The notes under the pieces: generated by a model
Database searches by the model: none
Seen by the model: only the letters and a program-made list of their open reading frames with translations
Told to the model about the DNA's origin: nothing
Source of the DNA: an uncultured Chloroflexia bacterium
GTDB lineage: Bacteria; Chloroflexota; Limnocylindria; Limnocylindrales; CSP1-4
DNA length: 64,000 nucleotides
Direction: 5' to 3'
Assembly (NCBI GenBank): GCA_963712745.1
Contig: CAVQJC010000001.1
Location: 384,001-448,000 of the forward strand
Position numbers and translations under genes: made by a program
In this document: one piece after another, positions 43,233-54,032 of the stretch
Numbering within the stretch: the first letter of the stretch is position 1
Layout: every line of letters starts with the position of its first letter

Positions 43233-45464
43233 ATGCGGTTCTTGACCATCTCACAACGCTCGGCCATCGCCTTGATGGCTGTCCTTGCCCTATCGAGTGC
43301 CGGACTCCCCATCGCTCCGATCGAAGCCGCTCGGGCTGCAGACAGCGTGCCGGTCTCGTTCGCGCTGCCCGACCCTTCTGAACTCGAGGCAGACACGAGA
43401 CTGACCACCGACGACGTGCCGGCCCCTGTGAGCGGGACGCTCGATCTGGGCTTGGTCCAGGACGCCGCGGAGGCGCTGCTCGGTTCGATGCCCGCTGAAG
43501 AGTGGGACCTTGCTGCGCTGAGCTGGTCATTCGCAGGCGATGCCGAGGCGGCCTTCGCCTTCGTCCGCGATCGCATCGGCTACGAACCCTACCCGGGAGT
43601 ATTACGCGGCGCCAAGGGCACCCTGGCGGCGCGGGCCGGCAATGCGTACGACCGGGCCATCCTGCTCAAAGCGCTACTCGACGCCATGCTGGTGCCCACG
43701 CGATTCGCTTTCGGGCAGCTCGACGAAGCTACGGCCGGGGAAGTCCTGGCGCGCACGTTCGTGGCGCCCTCAGACCCGCTGCCGAACGTGGACATGGCAG
43801 GGGCCGCCGTCATCGATGCGCCGGCCATGTCCAACCGTGCCCGCCGTGACTACGCGCTCCTGCGCGAAGCGCTCGGGCAGCGGCTCGACTCGGTGACGGC
43901 CGCCCCTGCTGCCGGCGCGGCGACCGATCCGCAGCATCACGTATGGGTGCAGGTCCTTTTGGGCGCGGATTGGGTCGACTTCGACCCCACACTGCCCGAG
44001 GCACAGCCGGGCGACACGCTCACCCCTATCGTTTCCACCGCTGCTGAGATCCCGGCCGCCGAGCGGCAGAGCGTCCGCCTGGAGCTCGTGGCAGAAACAC
44101 TCACGAGCGGCAGGCTCGAGCGTCATGACGTGCTGGACAAGACACTCGACGTGGCGGAATCCTCCGACAGCGAGATCTTCCTCTACTTCCAGCCCGCCAT
44201 CGGCGGCATCGGTGGGTCGATCGCCCAGGCACTCGGCGAGGCCACCGGTTACCTGCCCGAGCTGATGATCGACGGCGTCGTCACCCAGGGCTCGAGCTTC
44301 CCGGTCCTCGGCGGCACGGACATCTTCACAGGGGAGGCCCTGGGCACATCAGGCGACGAGACCACGCTTGCCAGCCTGCGGCTCGTGGCGACGCGCCAGG
44401 CGCCAGGCTATCCGGCCGATGCCTTCGTGCGTACGCTGATCGATCGGGCGCTCCCAAGCGATCGAACCACTGGCGACGTGTCGTTCGATCGCCTCACACC
44501 ACTACAGATCGGACCGGCCGGTCCCGTGGACCTGCTGCCCCTGCACCACCTGATGATCTCGTCCGGGAGCGCCAACGCGCGCAGCCTCGTGCTCCAGCGT
44601 GCTCAGGTGGCCCGCTTCGTCGACTTGCATCTGCTGGACCCGGACGAAGCCGACGGCTACGCGCTCTCGGACCTCCTGTGGCCGGTGGCAGTCGCCGATG
44701 CCGGCCTCGTCCTGGCATCAGAGCGAACCATCGTGCACGGTCTTGGCGTGCCCGGCTCGGTAGGTGCGTATGTCGCGCGACCAAGGATCTTCATCGCCTC
44801 GCTGGCACCCACCGGTGTCGGCGAGGGTGGTATCGCCTACGAGACCGACCTGCTGGCCGACGATCTACGCATCATCGGCCCGGGTGGGCAAGCGGTGGGA
44901 GACGCAACGGACCGGCACATCTGGTACGGAGCCGCCGAGGCAGCCCTGGAGACCGAGTTCGCGTTGGCGACGGCGCGCGGCCTGGATCCTGCGACACGGA
45001 CGGTCACGGCCGTGAGCCTGGCGATGGGGTCGCCGCTAACGGTGGTCGCGGCTCACGACCAGAACGCTATCGGCGGCAGTGCGCAAGCCCTGCAGGAGGC
45101 GGTCGCAGGCGGGCTGATCGCGGTCGTGCCCGGGCCAGCGGATGCGGCGGAGGCCTGGTGGACGGTCGATCCCTCTGATGGCCAGACGCGATCGATCCTC
45201 GACCCGGGTCTGGGGGCCGGACGGGGTATCGGCAACAACTACGTCAACGAAAGCAAGGGCGCTACGCACTACGTGGACGACAAGGGCAACTCACTGGTGC
45301 GCAAGGCGGCGGGACCGCCCTCGCGTTGTGGCGGCGGCCAGGAGTACGTCGTGGTCATCGGTTGCGTCTCTACGCCGGTCGCGTGGACGATCTATGGCGT
45401 CGGCGCTGTCATCCTGATCGCGGTCGCGTATGGCGCGAGCAAGTGGTTGCAGTCCAAACTCTAG
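43233..45464 (+). CDS. Exported transglutaminase-like fold protein lacking the catalytic Cys, with C-terminal hydrophobic segment
   Basis: FAFVRDRIGYEPY.GVLRGAKGTL...GNAYDRAILL, HVWVQV, WVDFDP; WWTVDP then TM-like tail. Confidence 0.7.
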   Translation: MRFLTISQRSAIALMAVLALSSAGLPIAPIEAARAADSVPVSFALPDPSELEADTRLTTDDVPAPVSGTLDLGLVQDAAEALLGSMPAEEWDLAALSWSFAGDAEAAFAFVRDRIGYEPYPGVLRGAKGTLAARAGNAYDRAILLKALLDAMLVPTRFAFGQLDEATAGEVLARTFVAPSDPLPNVDMAGAAVIDAPAMSNRARRDYALLREALGQRLDSVTAAPAAGAATDPQHHVWVQVLLGADWVDFDPTLPEAQPGDTLTPIVSTAAEIPAAERQSVRLELVAETLTSGRLERHDVLDKTLDVAESSDSEIFLYFQPAIGGIGGSIAQALGEATGYLPELMIDGVVTQGSSFPVLGGTDIFTGEALGTSGDETTLASLRLVATRQAPGYPADAFVRTLIDRALPSDRTTGDVSFDRLTPLQIGPAGPVDLLPLHHLMISSGSANARSLVLQRAQVARFVDLHLLDPDEADGYALSDLLWPVAVADAGLVLASERTIVHGLGVPGSVGAYVARPRIFIASLAPTGVGEGGIAYETDLLADDLRIIGPGGQAVGDATDRHIWYGAAEAALETEFALATARGLDPATRTVTAVSLAMGSPLTVVAAHDQNAIGGSAQALQEAVAGGLIAVVPGPADAAEAWWTVDPSDGQTRSILDPGLGAGRGIGNNYVNESKGATHYVDDKGNSLVRKAAGPPSRCGGGQEYVVVIGCVSTPVAWTIYGVGAVILIAVAYGASKWLQSKL

Positions 45465-45642
45465 GGCGAGGCCGCAGTGCTGGACTGCCGATTCCGCTGG
45501 ACTTTCACGTGCCTTGGGGCAGATCGAATAGCAGGGCACGTTTGCGCGAGCGTAGAGAGCGTCAGTCTGTGTCTCGGCGGCGCGTCGTGGATGCAAAGCT
45601 CGAGCGTGTGAATCGACCAAGCTAGCGGTATGCTCTGCGGCC

Positions 45643-46819
45643 GTGAAGCTACGTCGTCGATCTGTCGTCACCCTCGCAGGCGCGCTACTGCTGGTGCTCG
45701 CCCTGGCGTTGCCCGGCCTCGCTGCCGGACCAGCGGAAGTAGACGCCGAACTGGCGGCCAAGCTGCAGTACCGGCTTGATCGCTGGCGGCACGAGCCACC
45801 GGGCACCCGGGGTCGCCGCTGCCGTCCGTCTGCCAGACGGCAGCCAATGGATCGGCACATCGGGCAAGAAGACCGTCGGCACGTCAGCCCAGGATCGTCC
45901 AGCCCGGCACGCCCTTCGCGGTGGCATCGCTGACCAAGACGTTCGTCGCGGCGCTGATGCTGCAACTCAACGAGGAAGGCAAGCTGGGCCTCAACGACCC
46001 CATCTCGAATTGGCTGCCCTGGTACCCCAAGGCCGACAAGATGACCGTCAGGATGCTGCTCAGTCATCGCAGCGGGCTCTTCGACTACTTCAGCCACCCA
46101 CGTTACGAGAGGCGCGTCTTCGGACGGCCCCGCCACAGTGGACCGTCGGCGAGATCCTCAAGCTGCGTGGCCCGCGCTACTGTGCTCCCGGCCGCTGCTA
46201 TCGCTATTCGAACACCAATTACGTCATCCTCGGTGCCATCGCCAACCGAAGGTGACCGGCAAGTCCGTAGCCCAGCAACATCCGTGAGCGGTTCCTTGAG
46301 CCGCTGGGCCTGACCGACACGTTCTTCCAGGGGCAGGAGCCGATCGCCAAGTTCCCGGCCAAGGGCTACTGGGCCAGGACGCGCGGCTACGCCGGATTTT
46401 CGGATGGCAGCCGCTATCGGCCGAATACGTCCGCCGCGACGGTCGCCAATGCTGCGGGAGCGCTGGTGTCCTCGGTCCGCGACATCTCCGACTGGCAGGA
46501 CGCGCTGCTCGGTGGTGACGTGCTCAGCCCGTGGTCCCTGAAGCAGATGACCTCGTTCCACCCCCGCAGCGGCTATGGCCTGGGCATGCGCTACGCCTGG
46601 CTCGACGGCATCCGTGGCATCGGCCACGGTGGTTCGCTGCGCGGCTTCGTCTCGATCATGTATCGCCTGCCCGAGCAGGATCTCGATGTGGTCGTCCTGA
46701 CCAACCTCGGACGCACCAACCTTCAGGGCCTCGCCGACGTGCTCACCCGCGTCACGTTGCGCTTCCTCGAGCCACCCGCTCCGCCGGACCCTGAGCCGGA
46801 GCCGGGCGCGGCGGCTTGA
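45643..46819 (+). CDS. Secreted serine hydrolase (beta-lactamase/D-Ala-D-Ala carboxypeptidase family; several frameshifts)
   Basis: SLTK (SxxK), LLSHRSGL, YSN, GHGG across frames. Confidence 0.85.
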
Positions 46820-47009
46820 TCAATCGACAGCACGACGCCAGCCGGCGGTAGAAGTGGGCGATGCGTGGCTGCTGCCAACTGACGTCGAGAAGCGATGGGA
46901 AGCCCGGCACCATCAGGACGTCGATGAGGCCGCTACCGAGCACCTGATACGCGATGCTGATGTCGCCACTGAGGGCGTAGCGGACCGCGCTCGGCGCGTT
47001 GGCGCTCAT
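46817..47009 (-). pseudogene. N-terminal fragment of an alpha/beta hydrolase (type often fused to adenylate cyclase or LuxR domains)
   Basis: VRYALSGDISIAYQVLGSG..D...VPG...W..P...FYRRLAS..RLI; homology stops at the convergent gene's stop codon. Confidence 0.7.
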
Positions 47010-48321
47010 GGCCCGATGCGCTCTCCCAGGCGATCGCGGAGCACGTCCGGCACGCGGATGGAACCGTCGGGCTGCTGGTAGACCTCGAGGATCGCGGCCA
47101 CGGTGCGCGGCAAGGCCAGGCCGGAGCCATTGAGCGTGTGGAGCACTTCGGGCTTGGCGCCAGCCTCAGGCCGCCAGCGGATGCTCATGCGACGTGCCTG
47201 GTAGTCGCGGAAGTTGGAGACCGAGCTGACCTCGAGCCAGTCCTCGACACCGGGGGCCCACACCTCGAGGTCGTACTTCTTGGCCTGCGTGAAGCCCATG
47301 TCGCCGCTGGCCATCAACTTGACGCGATACGGCAATCCCAGACGCTGAAGGCAGATCTCGGCGCGCTCGGTCAACCACTCGAGCGTAGCATCTGATTCAT
47401 CGGGCTTCTCGAAGGCGACCATCTCCACCTTGTCGAACTGGTGCACGCGCAGGATGCCGCGCGTCTTGGCACCCGCTGCACCGGCCTCGCGCCGGAAACA
47501 CGGCGAGTAGGCGACGTAGCGGATGGGGAGCTGGTCGGCCTCGATGATCTCGTCGCGATGGATGTTCGTGACCGGCACTTCGGCCGTGGGCACGAGGAAG
47601 AGCTCGTCGCGCGTGACCACGTACATCTGGTCTTCCTTGTCCGGGATCTGGCCCGTGCCGCGCGCAGAGTCAGCGTTGACGACGATCGGCGGCCAGACCT
47701 CGGTCATGCCGTGCTCGGTGGTGTGCAGGTCAAGGAAGTAGTCGATGAGCGCGCGCTGTAGCTTGGCTCCAGCACCCTTGTAGAGCGGGAAGCCGGAACC
47801 GCTGATCTTGGCTCCAGCGGCCAGATCGATCATGTCCAGCGACTCGGCCAACTCCCAGTGCGGCTTGCGCTCCCATGGCTGCACCTTCCTCATCATCAGC
47901 GACGGCGTGCTCAGCGGGTTCGCCCCAGGTCCGGACGATCTGGCTGGCCTCTTCGCCACCGATCGGCACGCCCGCGTCAGGCGGATTGGGAATGCGGTAG
48001 AGCAGTTCGTCGAGCCGCGTGACGATCTCCAGGAGGCGCGTATCGAGCCCGCTGATCTCGCCACCCAGCCAGGTCGACTGTTCCTTGAGCCGGGAGACTT
48101 CAGGGCCGTTCGGGTCGGCGCCGCCTCTGATGGCGTGGCCGATGGATTCGGAGATGAGCTTGCGCTGGTTGCGCAGATGGTCGCCCTTGCCAAGCACGTC
48201 GCGGCGCTCCGCGTCGATGATCAGCGCCTGATCGATGAGCGTCGGATCCTCGCCCTTGGCGATCGGCGCCCGCACGGATGCGGTCGGCTTCTTCCCGCAG
48301 CCGGGTCGGTCCGACACTCAT
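47006..48321 (-). CDS. serS: Seryl-tRNA synthetase (frameshifts)
   Basis: IPNPPD, LVPTAEVP, CFRREAGAAG, RVHQFDKVEMV, EVSSVSN, HTLNGSGLA. Confidence 0.95.
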
Positions 48322-49924
48322 GACATGACCTTCCCGGCAGCCGCAGCCGCCTCCAGCCGCGCGATGACCATGGTCTCGGCCAGGCTGGCCAGCAGCCAGC
48401 CAGCTCGCGGACCATTGGTCCGTCCAAGGAAGGCTGCGTAGACCGCCGCGAACGTGTCGCGAGAGGAGACGCCGCGTGCCTGCCCGGTACGGTAGATGAG
48501 GTCCTGCCAGGCGTCACCAGAGCGCGGATGCTCCGCGGCCACGCCCTTGGCCAGATCGCCCAGGAACAGCCACTGCACCTCGTTGAGCTCTGCGACCTCG
48601 GCCGGCACATCATCGGCGGACGGCGACCTGGTAGCGCTCGGGTGCGAAACTCTCGAGCCACGTGCTGGCGACCTCGTGCTCCGTGAGGCCACGATGGCCA
48701 GTTCCGCGTCATCGAGCGGCGCACCCTTCTCGGCCGCCATGCGCTCGTCGAGGTCGACGCCGGGCACCTGCACCAACAGCGTCAGGTGACGGAAGGCCGG
48801 GCGGAAACGCGCGCGCCTCGACCTCGATATCGGCGTTCGGGTCCAGCAGGCTGGCCGGAAGATGCGCTCAGGATTGGGCGGCAACTCGCCACGGAAGGGC
48901 AAGCCGGCGGTCGCCGTCGCGACTCGGTCGAAGTCGTCGAAGAGGCCCGGGATGGCATCGCCCTCGGGGTCGAACTCGAGCGCCCGCTTGGGCTTGTGCC
49001 GCAGGAACAGGAAACGCAGCAGCTCTGGCGGCAGCAAGTCGGCCATCTCATGGGCAGCGGCCCCACTGCCCTTGGACGTGCTCATCTTGCGACCGCCGAC
49101 GTTGAGGAACTCGTAGGGCACGTTGACGGGTGGTTCGCGATCGAAGACCTCGCGACTGATGGCGTCGCTGCGGTCGCGACTGCCGCCCTTGGTCGCGAGG
49201 TCCTTGCCGCAACCCTCGACGGTGATATCGAAGTGGCTCCATTTGGCAGCCCAGTCCACGTTGAAGGGCAGCTTGGCACGGCCGCTGAACGGGGCGACTC
49301 GCCGCCATTGTTTCCGCAGCCAGTGGCCCAGGCCACGTAGTCCGGCTTGCAGGCATACGCCACGGTCTCGCCATCCCAGTCGGTGGCGAGCGTCGTGCCG
49401 ACGCGCCCGCAGTCCTCGCAGATGACCGAGACCGGCAGCCAGCCCGGGGCGCGCTCGACGTTGCTGACGCGCAGGTAGATCTGCACGGATGGTCTCCGCT
49501 CCGTCGAGCGCACGACGGATGAAGGGGTCCATCGAACCGTCGCCGTACAGCTCGCTCATCCAGTAGATCTCGGGTTCGATGCCAAGGCCCGTGAAGGTGC
49601 CCATGAAGAGCTCGCCCACGAAGTAGCGCGCATAGCTCTCGGCGGCACTGCCCTCGGGCGCTGGCACGTGTGCCAGCGGCACGCCCATGTAGCGCTCGAC
49701 CGCGTCGGGCGTCAGGAGCGCCTGCGCATCCATGGGATCGAGGTCATCGACGCCGTAGAGGAAGCGGCTGGGCCGCTCGGCTCGTGACCAGTGCTCGTTG
49801 GATAGCATCGTGCAACACCACGCCGCGCAGCGAACCGATGTGCACCGTGCCCGAGGGCGTCTTCGAGATCGTTGACGACCTGCGGGCCATCGAGTGATGT
49901 GGCTAGCTCGTCAGCCCAGAACAT
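48318..49924 (-). CDS. lysK: Class I lysyl-tRNA synthetase (several frameshifts)
   Basis: MFWADELA, TPSGTVHIGSLRG, DDLDPMD, AKLPFNVDWAAKW, EGCGKDL, KMSTSKG, GPRAGW. Confidence 0.9.
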
Positions 49925-49969
49925 GGTGCGCGGTTTTCCCTGTCCCGGAGATGCGGCCCGAGACTCGTG

Positions 49970-50440
49970 TCAGCGGATGCTGACGATCGTATAGGTGGAG
50001 TCACCGGCCGGCACCGAGACGGTCACTGCATCGCCCTTCTTCTTGCCGAGCAGTGCACGGCCAACCGGCGAGTTGTTGGAGATGCGTCCCTCATCGGGAG
50101 CAGCCTCGGCGGCACCGACGATGGTGTACTTCTCCTTGCCGTTCTCGCCTTCGATGGTCACGGTCGAACCGATCTGCACGATGGTGCGGCTGTGATGCTC
50201 ATCGATGAGCACAGCGTTCTTGATGATGGCGGTCAGTGACTGGATGCGCCCCTCGACGAAGGCCTGCTCGTTCTTGGCGTCCTCGTACTCAGCATTCTCC
50301 GTGACGTCGCCGTATTCCTTGGCGTCATGGATGCGTTGAGCAACCTCGGGTCGCTTGACGTTGGTGAGCTCGGCGAGCTCTGCCTTGAGCTTCTCAAGAC
50401 CTTCGGCCGAGAGGTATTCGGGCTTGTTAGCGTTCACCAA
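49970..50440 (-). CDS. greA: Transcription elongation factor GreA
   Basis: AKEYGDVTENAEYEDAKNEQAFVEGRI, ISNNSPVGRALLGK. Confidence 0.97.
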   Translation of the reverse strand: MVNANKPEYLSAEGLEKLKAELAELTNVKRPEVAQRIHDAKEYGDVTENAEYEDAKNEQAFVEGRIQSLTAIIKNAVLIDEHHSRTIVQIGSTVTIEGENGKEKYTIVGAAEAAPDEGRISNNSPVGRALLGKKKGDAVTVSVPAGDSTYTIVSIR

Positions 50441-50603
50441 GGAATCCTCGTGAGCGAGCCAATATGGGCTAGGTCAGGCGTATGCGGAAGATGGGCTTGT
50501 CAGGGAAGGGTCCCGACGGTCCGCCGCTACGCCCCGCGAGAACGGGCGGCTTGGGCGCCGTTCAGTTGGCGCAATGCTACCACTCGCGGCCCAGAAGCGA
50601 CCG

Positions 50604-51645
50604 CTAGCGACCCAGTTCGGCGCGCACCGTGCGGGTCGCTCCGCACCAGCGAGCGCATCTTCTCGACGGCCAGCGGACGCGCGGTCTGGCTGTAGCCGCA
50701 GTCGGCGGTACAGCCAGAGCTTCTCGGGCGCACACGACTCGAGCAGCCTGCGGATGCGCGACGGCCACGATCTCCGGCGTCTCCGGTCGCGCGCCTTCAC
50801 GTCGATGATGCCCGCCGCGAGGATCTTGTCGCCGCCGTACTCCGCCCACAGCTCGGTCTCCCACATCGAGCGGTTGGCGAACTCCAGGCTGAGCGCGTCG
50901 TAGGCGAAGATCCTTGAAGTACGGCGCGAACGCCGCGTACGAGCGGTACGAGGTGGCCGGTCGGCCGCGGAAGTTGCCGAAGCAGAGGTGCAGCGAGGTG
51001 GGCGCGTCCACGCCGTCGAGGCAGGCGTTGGTGATGTCGACCATCTCCGGCAGGCCGCCGGGCATGATCCAGAAGGCTGGCTCATCGAGCTGGATGAACG
51101 TGGGCGCCCGCGGCCACGGCCGCCTTGAGCTCCCGATTGATGTCCGGCACCAGCGCCCAGGCGACCTTGCCCTTGTCGGCATAGGCCGGCGCCGGGGTCG
51201 ATGCGGAACGCCTGCGTGACGGGGCCCTGGAGCGCGCTCACGAAGGGCTGCTCGGTGCGCGTCAGCAGGTGCTCGACCTCGGCCACCATGTCGTAGCCGT
51301 CGGGGCACGTCGAGGGCGCGATCGCGCGGAAGGCGTCGAGCTGGTCCGGACCCGGGTAGCCCAGGCGGCGCTCGTAGTCGATCGCCTCCAGGCCCGGTGA
51401 TCTGGCCGTGGAAGTTGCGCGTGAAGTCGGCGCGCAGCATCTCGCCGTCCGAGACGATGTCGTAGCCGGCCTCCTCCGCCTCGCGCAGCGCGAGCTCGGC
51501 ACCGTCCTTGAGCGACTCGTCGATGTCGGAGGGGCCCAGCTTGCCTTCCGCGACGGCATCGCGGACCAGCCACATCCAGGACGGCACCCCGGAGCTGCCG
51601 ATGGACTGGACGGGCAGCAGGGGCAGGTTCGTCGAGCTTGGCCAT
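50604..51645 (-). CDS. Cobalamin-independent methionine synthase catalytic-domain-only (MetE-like) Zn protein (many frameshifts)
   Basis: IGSSGVPSW, VSDGEMLR, IQLDEP, HLCFGN, LEFANR, GIIDVK, DCGYSQT. Confidence 0.8.
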
Positions 51646-52162
51646 CAGGGTCCTCCTGGGTGGATCGGGCGGTCGGAGGCGACGCCGACGGTCGGTCGCT
51701 GGAACAGCTCGATGTGGTAGCCGTCGGGGTCGATGCAGGTAGGCGGCACGGCCGCCCTTGTTGGGCCCGACCGGGATCTCGACCGCACCCGCGGACCGGG
51801 CTCGGTAGCCGGCGGCGACGGCCCGGGCGTGCAGTCGCGGCCGCATCCGTGACGTGGAAGCAGAGGTGGCCGGTGCCCGGGTCCCAGGCTCGCGGGGCGG
51901 GCGTGGGCCGAGCGTCCGTGCCGTGGTACTCCAGGAGCTCCACGATAGACGCCCTCGCTGCCGGGGATGCGCAGGTAGACGATGCGGGCGTCGGTCATGT
52001 CGATGCCCATCACCGCCCGGACGTAGTCGACGGCGTCCAGCGTCACGTCGAAGTGGACCTCGAGGCCCAGCGTGTCGCGGTAGAACGCCAGCGACTCGCC
52101 TCCATGTCGCTGACCGCGATGCCGCCGTGGAAGAAGCCGCTGATCGGCGAGGACGCGTTCAC
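51645..52162 (-). CDS. VOC/glyoxalase family protein (frameshifts)
   Basis: HGGIAVSDME..LAFYRDTLGL, ELLEY, GHLCFHV, DPDGYHIELFQ. Confidence 0.8.
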
Positions 52163-52169
52163 GCGGTCG

Positions 52170-53166
52170 TCAGGGTGCGTCGGCCGGTGGCGTGAAGCCC
52201 TGCCGCTCGTAGTGCACCGCACGTGGCTTGGTGACGTCCTTGTAGATGAACCAACGGCAGGGACGGTCGGGCAGGTCGCAGTCCTCCAGAGGTCGCAGCG
52301 GCGGCTGGCCGTCGGCCATCTGGATGTACTCGAGCGCGATCATCGAATGGACGCTGTACCAGCCCATGCCGGTACGGACCTGCGTCCAGGCATGAGGCGT
52401 CTGTTGGAGGCCGGCTGATGGGGCGCACGCCCGCTGTCGGGGTCACCCCGCCGCAGCACGCCGCAGCTGCCACAGGGGTCGAGCGACATGACGTAGCGAT
52501 CACCCTCATCGCTGACGCCGACATCGCCGCGATGGCGCGGGCCGGACAGGTGCCCACCACGCATGCCCTCCACGCTGAGCTGGAGTCGCTCTTCCGGGCT
52601 CATCGTGGGCCACAGTTCGTAGCGCGGCTTCCAGATGTGCTCGTAGGCCAGCGTGACCACCTCGCGCACGGCATCCTCGCCGTATGAGTCGGCGATCTCC
52701 GTGAGGACCTCCTGGATCCAGACCACGAGGCCATCGTGCTGCGCGGCCCAACGCACCCGCATCAGCTCGATGGCAGTCGTTGGCCGTTTCGGCGTCGCGA
52801 GCGGCGATGGCGCCCAGCGCGCGCTCGAGATCGACCGCTGCCCGGCTGGTACGCGCGGTAGCCCTTCAGCAGGGTCGTGCCGAGGCCCGTCTCAGCTGGC
52901 ACCAGCCTTGCCCAGGCGGTAGTCGAGGATGTCGGCGAGCCATACGAAGAGCACGTCGTTCATGGTCCGGATCTCGCTCACGAAGTAGCGGGCCAGCTCA
53001 GCCGCCAGCGTCCCAGCGGCCATCGCGCAGCGCCTGCTTCGGCGAGCGTCTGGGTGCTGGTGCCCAACGTTGCGAGGCCGTCCTGGCGGATGGGCCGGCC
53101 CAGCACCTCGCTGTAGCCGATCGGGCTCCCGTCGATCGATGCGCTGTCCGATCGCTGCGTGGTCAT
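52170..53166 (-). CDS. Hypothetical protein with DPCGSCG and C-terminal Cys/His motifs (frameshifts)
   Basis: Contiguous coding fragments YSEVLGRPIRQD, HDGLVVWI, EGMRGGH, DPCGSCG, PCRWFIYKD; AGGAG SD. Confidence 0.65.
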
Positions 53167-53246
53167 GCGTCAGCTCCTTCTGATTCGTAGGCTATCGTCT
53201 GCCCGACGTACGTCCAAGGCGGCGAACACAGAGCGGGAGGTGTCAG

Positions 53247-54012
53247 GTGGATGGAGGTCGCGCAGGCTGGGGCCTGGAGGGTCACGGTATCATCGTAACG
53301 GGCGCAGCACAGGGCATCGGTGCGGCTACGGCGCGGGCCTTCGCGGATGTAGGCGCGCACGTGACGGCGGTCGACCTCAAGACCGAAGCGGTCGAGACCG
53401 TCGTTGCAGCGCTTCCGGGAGGGCCACACAAGGCCGTCGGCATGGATCTCAACGATCTTGCCGCGCATGCTCCGCTGATCGCCGAGAGCGCCGCCGAGTT
53501 CGGTGACGTAGTCGGTATCGTGCTGGCGGCCGGGGTGCTCAAGCGCGAGGCGTTCACCGAGGTCACTGAGGAGGCCTGGGATTGGCAGGTGGATACGAAC
53601 CTCAAGGCGACGTTCTTCCTGTCTCGCGCGGCGGGTGAGTATTTTCGCGCGGCCGGCATCAAGGGCAGCATCACCACGTTCACCTCGATCTCGGCGGTGA
53701 CCGGCGGCGTTTCGCCCGCTCCCGCGTACGGAGCGTCCAAGGGCGGCGTCATCACCGTGACCTATCGCCCTGGCACGGCAGTACGGACCGGACGGCATCC
53801 GCGTCAACACCATCTGCCCGGGTTTCATCGACACGCCGATGCAGCGGTCGGGCTTCTCGGCCGCGACGCAAGCCGGCGTCGATGCCATCCCCATGAAGCG
53901 TATGGCCGCCCCCGAGGAGGTCGCCTCGGTGGCCGTGTTCCTGGCCTCGAATCACGCCTCTTACGTGAGCGGTGCGCTCATGAACGTCAGCGGCGGCGCC
54001 TACATGGGCTAG
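53247..54012 (+). CDS. SDR family oxidoreductase (frameshifts)
   Basis: TGAAQGIG, YGASKGG, RVNTICPGFIDT, VSGG. Confidence 0.85.
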
Positions 54013-54032
54013 CGTCACTGGGCGGCCTGGCA

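Noticed and set aside
47006-49924. Pseudogenisation or programmed frameshifting of serS and lysK
   Set aside because: These are essential genes with intact motifs; indels are scattered through neighbouring genes too and show no consistent slippery sites.
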